A stretch of DNA of 5,706 nt from the NCBI RefSeq assembly GCF_006345805.1, contig NW_021829978.1, forward strand, positions 1 through 5,706, given 5' to 3'. The DNA comes from Octopus sinensis. Taxonomy: Eukaryota. Positions 1 to 5,706 of the stretch are shown here, in pieces. Position 1 is the first letter of the stretch, and every line of letters starts with the position of its first letter. The position numbers and the translations under genes are program-made. Below the pieces are notes generated by a model, which saw only the letters and a list, made by a program, of their open reading frames with translations, did not search any database and was not told the origin of the DNA.

Positions 1-290
1 ATTGTACATTCAATAAAATTTGAAAAATCCAAAACAGGTGGAAATCTGGAGCCTTAAGGTCAGGCATATATAGTGTGTGTGACAAAAGTTTCAAGCTAAG
101 CTACTGTAATACCTGTATCGTTTGGAAAGAAGTGTGAGGTCGAGCATTCTCATGATGAAAGTCAATGCTCTTACAATTAGCAAGTGCTGAACTTTCTGGT
201 GGATCACTGCATTTAATTTGCCCTGCTGGTCACCACACACATCCAAGTTGGTGGTCCTCTACGTGGAAAGAAGTTCGTAAATAACAACAA
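1..290 (-). pseudogene. Degenerate mariner (Tc1/mariner DD34D-type) transposase, catalytic-domain fragment running off the window edge
   Basis: Manual minus-strand translation gives VIYELLST*RTTNLDVCGDQQGKLNAVIHQK, then after a frameshift LANCKSIDFHHENARPHTSFQTIQVLQ*LSLKLLSHTLYMPDLKAPDFHLFWIFQILLN. This matches the mariner motifs (F/L)HHDNARPH (134-160, D changed to E) and YSPDLAPSDYHLF (YMPDL at 56-70). Stops and a frameshift are present. Confidence 0.88.
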
Positions 291-363
291 TCATACGAAA
301 GACTATAAAAACAAAAACAATAACAAGAATCCCACGTAGAATAAAAAAAACAGACGAAGTACC

Positions 364-547
364 TATTTCTTTACTACCCACAAGGGGCTAAACACAGAGG
401 GGACAAACAAGGACTGGCAAAGGGATTAAGTCGATTACATCGATCCCAGTGCGAAACTGGTACTTAATTTATCGACCCCAAAAGGATGAAAGGCAAAGTC
501 GACCTCGGCCGAATTTGAACTCAGACCGTAACGGCAGACGAAATAGG
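364..547 (-). mobile_element. tRNA-derived Meta/MESC-type SINE monomer, 5'-truncated (B box kept, A box absent), tail type A
   Basis: Close direct repeat of 548-730 and 3066-3249. Minus strand has GAGTTCAAATTC (B-box-like), followed by GCCGAGGTCGACTTTGCCTTTCATCCTTT..GGGGTCGATAAATTAAGTACCAG, which resembles the Meta core as I recall it. Confidence 0.85.
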
Positions 548-777
548 TATTTCTTTTTACCCACAAGGGGCTAAACACAGAGGGGACAAACAAGGACAGA
601 CAAACGGATTAAGTCGATTATATCGACCCCAGTGCGTAACAGGTACTTATTTAATCGACCCCGAAAGGATGAAAGGCAAAGTCGACCTCGGCGGAATTTG
701 AACTCAGAACGTAACGGCAGACGAAATACCGCTAAATATTTTACTCAGCGTTCTAACAATTCTGGCAGCTCGCTGCC
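548..777 (-). mobile_element. Full-length tRNA-derived Meta-type SINE, tail type A (~230 bp)
   Basis: Minus strand starts GGCAGCGAGC. It has a degenerate A box TGCCAGAATTGTT (755-767), B box GAGTTCAAATTCC (693-705), the Meta-like core, and a tail ending ..TTGTGGGTAAAAAGAAATA. It is colinear with 3066-3296. Confidence 0.88.
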
Positions 778-1213
778 AATAACAATAATAATTGTAATAT
801 GTAAATATAAAAAAAATGGGATGGTTACAGTTTGATCCTCTTTGGTCATAAGTCTGATCATCCACTGATCACGAGCTCGGGGTTAAACAGCCAAAACAAA
901 CACCGACAGCACATGGTTAAAAACACATTTCGAAAAAGACGAATCGAATTGCCGAAATCAACATTAAAAATTAAAATTAACTTGAGGAAATGAGCAGTTA
1001 TAGCAATTATATGGATGAATATTTCGCAATTAAAGTAAAATACTTTTTACGTGCGAAGAGATTAGCGGGAGAGGTCAACAAAAGTGGAAAATTATCTGAT
1101 TTTGATTTAATTACAAAATATTTATCAATATAATTGCTATAATAGTTCATTTCCATAACTTAAATTTGAATTTAATTTTTAATATTGATTTCAGTGATTC
1201 GAACACTCTTGCA

Positions 1214-1283
1214 TATGTGTGTGTGTGTGGTGTGTGTGTGTGTATGTATGTATGTATGTATGTATGTATGTATGTGTGCGTGC

Positions 1284-1331
<48 letters not shown>

Positions 1332-1332
1332 A
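1214..1332. repeat. Compound microsatellite (TG)n-(TATG)n-(TG)n
   Basis: Directly visible; it produces the spurious HT- and CV-repeat ORFs. Confidence 0.98.
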
Positions 1333-1622
1333 ATAAACAAAAGCTAATAGTTCGAAACATTACTATACAAGTTTCAATGGCGTAGTTTATTCCAAATACG
1401 CGCCATTGCATAACTTATATAAAATTACTGAAATACAGTTACATAATCATTCCATTTCAGCAGGTGATGTTCTGCTAATTATTCTGACAATATTTCCCAA
1501 ATTATTTGGCATAATTTCACCCTAAAGAAATGGAGTGTTTATGAAAATTTGCATAAGTTACATACTGAACTCGTAGAGCTATTTACATTCGACGGATATT
1601 TGTCCTCATCTTGTTTGTTGTT

Positions 1623-1668
1623 AACACAACATTTCGCCTGATATACCCTCCAGCCTTTATCAGGTGTC
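1623..1668 (-). ncRNA. Degenerate minimal type I hammerhead ribozyme (probably inactive)
   Basis: Minus strand: GACAC-CTGATAA-A-GGCTG-GAGGGTATAT-CAGGC-GAAATGTT-GTGTT. Relative to the right-hand copy it carries core CUGAUGA>CUGAUAA, a stem II mismatch, and GAAAC>GAAAT. Confidence 0.65.
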
Positions 1669-1734
1669 TTGGGGAAATTCTTGGGGAATTCTTACTCCTA
1701 AAGTATTTTCCGATGTTGTTGTTGTTATTATTTC

Positions 1735-1808
1735 GTCATTGCCTGGATACGAACTCAGAATCTTGAGATTAGTAGGTCGAGCTCTTAACTACTACGCCAT
1801 ATGCTCGT
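1735..1808 (-). promoter_or_regulatory. tRNA-like Pol III type-2 promoter cassette (A box + B box) in the PLE 3' UTR
   Basis: Minus strand has A box TGGCGTAGTAGTT (1787-1799) and B box GAGTTCGTATCC (1745-1756), 30 nt apart, a tRNA-like spacing. The intervening GTTAAGAGCTCGACCTACTAATC resembles a D-arm plus anticodon loop. There is no convincing acceptor stem, so this is not a functional tRNA. Confidence 0.72.
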
Positions 1809-1835
1809 GGGTAATTATAGAGTGAATTTTAGGGC

Positions 1836-2015
1836 TTATAAATCTAATATTTTCCTATCCTTCCTTAATACCGGTTCCCATATGCTGCTCATATCTGCAC
1901 TCGGTCTGCTTAGGAGGTTGCTGTGTCCTAGCATTTGAGCTGCTTCTTTTAGTTTGCGTATTTTCCAGTGGTGTTCTCTGTCTATCATTTTAACTTCATC
2001 CCACTGGAGGAGGTG
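1836..2015 (-). pseudogene. C-terminal 59 aa of a PLE GIY-YIG endonuclease domain, open to its stop codon
   Basis: Manual translation: HLLQWDEVKMIDREHHWKIRKLKEAAQMLGHSNLLSRPSADMSSIWEPVLRKDRKILDL*. This fits the PLE C-terminal pattern H..W....ID.E..W..R..KEA.....L.R......W. There is no start; the frame is cut by the inversion at ~2016. Confidence 0.82.
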
Positions 2016-2074
2016 TTCATGTATGGAAAAATGGAGACCTTAGGAAGGGAAACCCAGGTTCCAAATTTCCCTAA

Positions 2075-2120
2075 GACATCTGATGAAGGCTTGAGGTTAT
2101 ATCAGCCGAAACGTTGTGTT
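2075..2120 (+). ncRNA. Minimal type I hammerhead ribozyme, catalytic core intact
   Basis: Stem I GACAT (2075-2079) pairs with GTGTT (2116-2120) including two G-U pairs. Core CTGATGA is at 2080-2086, with an extra A at 2087. Stem II is GGCT (2088-2091) / AGCC (2104-2107). GAAA is at 2108-2111, then C-G as a loopless 1-bp stem III. The cleavage triplet is GUU (2113-2115). Confidence 0.75.
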
Positions 2121-2399
2121 AACAACAAAGATGAGGACAAATATCCGTCGAATGTAAATAATATAAATAATTCCTCATCTCTTAAATATAGAATTGTCAT
2201 ATAGTTATGTCTTAAACTATCCATTCGTTTTTGTTTGCTAAATAATACTCCAAGTAAAATGTACCAATTATACCTTTGATATGTAGCTGATTTGCAGGAT
2301 TCCAGGGACCAATGAGAAACTGTTTATTTCTCTATTGACTGCCGAAATAATTAGTTGAGCAATTTTTAGCTTAATTTGTCAAGGTCTGTTTGATCCGTC

Positions 2400-2503
2400 G
2401 TCTCTGTTTTGCTCTCTTTCTCTCTCCCTTTCTCTATCTATTTCAATCTTTCTCTCCTCTCTCTGTCTCTGCGCTCTATCCCTCCTCTCTCTCTGTCCCC
2501 CTC
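2400..2503. repeat. Degenerate (CT)n polypyrimidine microsatellite
   Basis: Directly visible CT/TCTC-rich tract. Confidence 0.93.
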
Positions 2504-2897
2504 CCATTTCAGGAGTTCTGGAGTCGTGAGGAGCGTGAAGTCACCCATTAATTACCATTATTTCCAGATCCATTCTGACCCGGAACGGTAGAACCTATCA
2601 GGGTCCCTTCTATGGATTAAATAGATTTCCTCAGGGGTAGAGGAGGCTCACCTTATTTTTAACAAAACCAGGCAAAGGAAGATCTTCAAGGAGGATGATA
2701 CTCTGATCTAAAACTTACAGTTAAAATAGTACCAGTTATTTTGCAATACTTGTGACTGGAACTTACTATGGCGACCGAGAGAATGGCAAAAGTGCCGAAC
2801 AATATTTTGTCACTAACATCCAGTGACAGACACACGTTTTACTATTCATCTATTGTGAGATGGCTAACATTTGAAAGTAATCACTTTGTCTGAATGT

Positions 2898-3065
2898 ATT
2901 CTTTTCTATTCTAGGCACAAGGCCCGAAATTTTGAGGGAGGGGGCCAGTCGATGAGATTGACCCAAGTACGCAACTGGTACTTAATTTATCGACTCCGAA
3001 AGGATGAAAGGCAAAGTCGACCTCTGCGGAATTTGAACTCAGAACGTAACGGCAGACGAAATACC
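2898..3065 (-). mobile_element. Meta-type SINE monomer, 5'-truncated, with a different tail (type B)
   Basis: Shares the B box and core with the other copies (about 2947-3063). The minus-strand tail is GACTGGCCCCCTCCCTCAAAATTTCGGGCCTTGTGCCTAGAATAGAAAAGAAT, unrelated to tail A. Confidence 0.83.
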
Positions 3066-3296
3066 TATTTCTTTACTACCCACAAGGGGATAAACACAGA
3101 GAGGACAAACAAGGACAGACAAACGGATTAAGTCGATTATATCGATCCCAGTATGTAACTGGTACTTAATTTATCGACCCAGAAAGGATGAAAGGCGAAG
3201 TCGACCCCGGCGGAATTTGAACTCAGAACGCAGCGGCGGACGAAATACCGCAAAGCATTTCGCCCGGCGTGCTAACCACTCTGCCAGCTCGCCGCC
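3066..3296 (-). mobile_element. Full-length Meta-type SINE, tail type A, with well-preserved Pol III boxes
   Basis: Minus strand starts GGCGGCGAGC. A box TGGCAGAGTGGTT (3274-3286) and B box GAGTTCAAATTCC (3212-3224) are present. Core and tail are colinear with 548-777. Confidence 0.9.
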
Positions 3297-3511
3297 TTAC
3301 TATGTATGTATTGCATAACAATTTGTTCGTATTTGTGTTTGTGATATTTTGATTGTTTTCCTCATTGTCGCTTTCGAATAGATACTAAGTTGCCTGTGAA
3401 CCGCCCAACACCACGTATTTACTATTCACCTTGGTGTTTGCTGGCGAAGATTTGATGTGGCAGAGGGCGTCTGCCAGCCAGAAGTGCAATTTTTCCAGGA
3501 ATTAAGTATAT

Positions 3512-3543
3512 TGTGTGTGTGTTTGTGTGTATTGTGTGTGTGT
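3512..3543. repeat. Short interrupted (TG)n microsatellite
   Basis: Directly visible. Confidence 0.9.
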
Positions 3544-3579
3544 TCAAACATAGGAGCGTGTGTGTAAGATCTGTTCTCT

Positions 3580-3796
3580 CTTTTTACTCTTTTACTCTTT
3601 TACTTGTTTCAGTCATTTGACTGCGGCCATGCTGGAGCACCGCCTTTAGTCGAGCAAATCGATCCCAGGACTTATTCTTTGTAAGCCTAGTACTTGTTCT
3701 ATCGGTCTCTTTTGCCGAACCGCTAAGTTACGGGGACGTAAACACACCAGCATCGGTTGTCAAGCGATGGTGGGGGAACAAACACAGACCCAACAT

Positions 3797-3829
<33 letters not shown>

Positions 3830-3993
3830 TATATACGACGAGCTTCTTTCAGTTTCCATCTACCAAATCCATTCACAAGGCTTTGGTCGGCCCGAGGATA
3901 TAGTAGAAGACACTTGCCCAAGGTGCCACGCAGTGGGACTGAACCTGGAACCATGTGGCTGGTAAGCAAGCTAGTTACCACACAGCCACTCCC
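3580..3993 (-). mobile_element. tRNA-derived CORE-type SINE with internal (TA)n and a LINE-like 3' tail ending in (TAAAAGAG)n
   Basis: Minus strand has A box TGGCTGTGTGG (3978-3988), B box GGTTCAGTCCC (3935-3945) and CORE-like GGCACCTTGGGCAAGTGTC (3909-3927). (TA)n lies at ~3796-3835. The tail is GGCGGTGCTCCAGCATGGCCGCAGTCAAATGACTGAAACAAG followed by TAAAAGAG repeats (3582-3604). It resembles octopus CORE-type SINEs from memory; the partner LINE is unverified. Confidence 0.88.
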
Positions 3994-4240
3994 TATTGAA
4001 TTTATTCTATATATTATCGTAATAAATTTGATTCTTTCGCTGTTCACCTTGCATGAAATAAATATTTTCGATTCGTTGTGAAATATATAAATATTAAGAG
4101 AGGTCTACTACACGTACAAGCATCACTACTACAGCTCCCAAGTCCCCACCTCTCACTCTTCCACAACATACATTCTCTTCCACCACCTTTTCCTCAAGAC
4201 TTCCTCTCCAAACCCTACCGGCATCTACCTCCACCGACTT

Positions 4241-4268
4241 GCCACCGCCGCGCCACCGCCGCGCCACC
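4241..4268. repeat. GC-rich 11-bp tandem repeat (GCCACCGCCGC) x2.5
   Basis: Units at 4241-4251 and 4252-4262, with a partial unit at 4263-4268. Confidence 0.9.
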
Positions 4269-4389
4269 ACCGATCGCTTCCATCAACTCACCGACAACAT
4301 ATTTAGTCGCTTCTTCTTCAGGTAATCAGACGTGAAGGACTAGGTCAAAGGGAATTAAATGGATTGGAGGATGACCAGAACGAAGTCTG

Positions 4390-5465
4390 GTGTAAGTTCA
4401 ATAGTACGCACATGCTCTTTTTTGTGCTTTCTAACAAAGCACAAAAAGAAAGAGTACAAACTGGGTCACTTTACCGCAAAAGTTCTACGGAATATCAAGC
4501 GAGCCTTTGGTAATGGTTTTGTTGATATCAGAACTGTTCAGAGATGGTTCCAAAGCTCTCATTCAGGAGATGATAGTCTTGAAAATAAACCAAGGGTTAG
4601 GCCAAAATAAGTTATTCGGCACGATGGTTCAGCAAAATCCGAGAATAAAGGTTCGAAAACTTTCATCAGAATTTCAAACATCTCGCTTGGACACCTGTAA
4701 AAATTGGAAAAGTCAAGAAAACGGATAGGTTTGTTCCACATCAACGAGATTCAAAAAAATAGACGCTTCGAACTGTGCTCTTTATTGATTTCTTGACTGG
4801 AAAAAAACCATTTTTGCATCAAATCATTACTTGTGATGAAAAATGGATACTCTTTGACAGCAGCAGGAAAACAGGACAGTGTTTAGATGCAGGAGAGTTA
4901 CCAAAACACTACCCAAACCCACCATTGCACCCTCAAAAGTTAGTGGTCACTGTATGGTGGTCTGCGAAGTAAGTTATTCCTTATTCATTTTTGCAACAAG
5001 GAAAAACGGTTACAGCAACATCGTATTGCCAGGAAATTGATTGTATGCATGAGAATTTGAAAGAGAAGCAACCCAGACTAGTGAACAGAGATGGTCCAAT
5101 TTTGCTCCACGACAATGCACATCCTCACACTCCTCAGGCTACGGTTCAAAAGTTGCAAAACCTGAATTATGAGATTCCTCTGATATCTCTCCTAGTGATC
5201 ATCACTTATTCAAGCGTTTTGAGCTTTTTATAAGCAATAAAACATTCTTAAATAGAGAAGAGGTAATTGAAGCACTCGGACAGTTTACCACAGCAAAAGA
5301 TGAAATTTGTTTTTAAAGATGGAATATGTGACATAGAGAAACGTTGGGTAAACGTCATAAATGAAGATGGATCATACTTTGATTAAATAAATCAGTTCTG
5401 TAACACTTCTGAAACATTTTATTATTACCTTTCAAATACGACATTTCATGTGAAACAACATAATA
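4390..5465 (+). mobile_element. Mariner DD34D-type transposon, near-complete transposase pseudogene plus candidate right terminus
   Basis: HTH region EYKLGHFTAKVLRNIKRAFGNGFVDIRTVQRWF; KIGKVKKTDRFVPH (WVPHEL-like, 4730-4741); ITCDEKW (D at 4835); LLHDNAHPH (D at 5111); DISPSDHHLF (D at 5197); C-terminus KRWVNVINEDGSYFD* (stop 5384-5386). Only 83 nt separate D2 and D3 instead of 102, implying a 19-nt deletion of the HPPYS segment. Several frameshifts and stops occur. A candidate right TIR ends ..CAACATAA at 5463, followed by TA. No left TIR was found. Confidence 0.93.
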
Positions 5466-5584
5466 TATATATTGTATATAATGTATGAATGTTGTCTCCA
5501 TAATAAAATAAAGAATATATATAAATGAATTTAAAAGGAATCCACAAGAGACGTAAAGATTAAACCAAGATGGGATACTTATAC

Positions 5585-5595
5585 TACATACATAC

Positions 5596-5676
<81 letters not shown>
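5585..5676. repeat. (TACA)n-(TA)n microsatellite
   Basis: Directly visible. Confidence 0.98.
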
Positions 5677-5682
<6 letters not shown>

Positions 5683-5706
5683 CAAATTAGAGACAAAACC
5701 ACTATT

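Larger units (their letters stand above)
1580..2195 (-). mobile_element. Penelope-like retroelement (PLE) 3' end, 5'-truncated, with an inverted copy of its tail (inverted pseudo-LTR-type structure)
   Basis: Contains a GIY-YIG C-terminal peptide (1836-2015, minus), ~125-bp inverted arms (1580-1704 and 2037-2160), and a minimal hammerhead motif in each arm. Inverted partial duplications and hammerheads are known PLE hallmarks. The right boundary beyond 2160 is approximate. Confidence 0.85.

Noticed and set aside
108-258. Apparent minus-strand exon with TTCTTTCCACGTAG acceptor and CAG/GTATT donor
   Set aside because: Fully explained as mariner transposase sequence, which continues across both supposed splice sites.
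351-777. CRISPR-like or satellite array
   Set aside because: Units are ~184-230 bp with Pol III boxes and no unique spacers; this is a eukaryotic SINE multimer.
632-835. ORFs 632-835 and 2871-3131 sharing RKDERQSRP.RNLNSERNGRRNT
   Set aside because: They are antisense readings of the same non-coding SINE core, not paralogous proteins.
816-900. Possible decayed 3' tail of another SINE (GGGATGG...GGGGTTAAACAGCCAAAAC)
   Set aside because: Resemblance is from memory only; there is no second copy, head or promoter in the window to support it.
1172-1411. HT-repeat and CV-repeat ORFs
   Set aside because: Translations of a microsatellite.
1735-1808. A genuine tRNA gene (Ser-like CTACTAA loop)
   Set aside because: No acceptor stem and no long variable arm; treated as a tRNA-derived promoter only.
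1968-2204. 78-aa plus-strand ORF
   Set aside because: It spans the antisense GIY-YIG fragment, the inversion junction and the hammerhead; it is a chimeric chance frame.
2500-2620. CT tract followed by TTTCAG as a splice acceptor, or a possible repeat fragment
   Set aside because: Frames close quickly (e.g. EFWSREEREVTH*), and the pyrimidine tract is a microsatellite; repeat identity cannot be verified here.
3458-3476. 7-bp hairpin TGGCAGA/TCTGCCA, and a similar TGTCACT/AGTGACA near 2808-2828
   Set aside because: Stems of 7 bp are expected by chance in 5.7 kb and have no supporting context.
3767-4081. ORFs 3767-4081 and 3796-4047
   Set aside because: Readings through the CORE-type SINE and (TA)n.
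4359-5386. Domesticated or functional transposase (SETMAR-like fusion)
   Set aside because: Multiple frameshifts, stops and a 19-nt deletion between catalytic D2 and D3; no SET or other fused domain is visible.

Overview
AT-rich, non-genic eukaryotic DNA made almost entirely of transposon relics and microsatellites. The SINE types match my recollection of octopus/coleoid cephalopod repeats; this is inference and no search was run. No host gene is supportable, and the supplied ORFs are repeat artefacts or transposase fragments. Contents: two decayed mariner (DD34D-type) transposases (1-290 minus; ~4390-5465 plus), two head-to-tail arrays of a tRNA-derived Meta-type SINE (351-777; 2898-3296, minus), and a modular CORE-type SINE (3580-3993, minus). 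The most interesting part is a Penelope-like element (PLE) end at 1580-2195 that the ORF track misses. On the minus strand it reads: GIY-YIG endonuclease C-terminus, stop, tRNA-like Pol III A/B-box cassette, minimal hammerhead ribozyme. An inverted second copy of the tail on the plus strand carries a hammerhead with an intact core (2075-2120).
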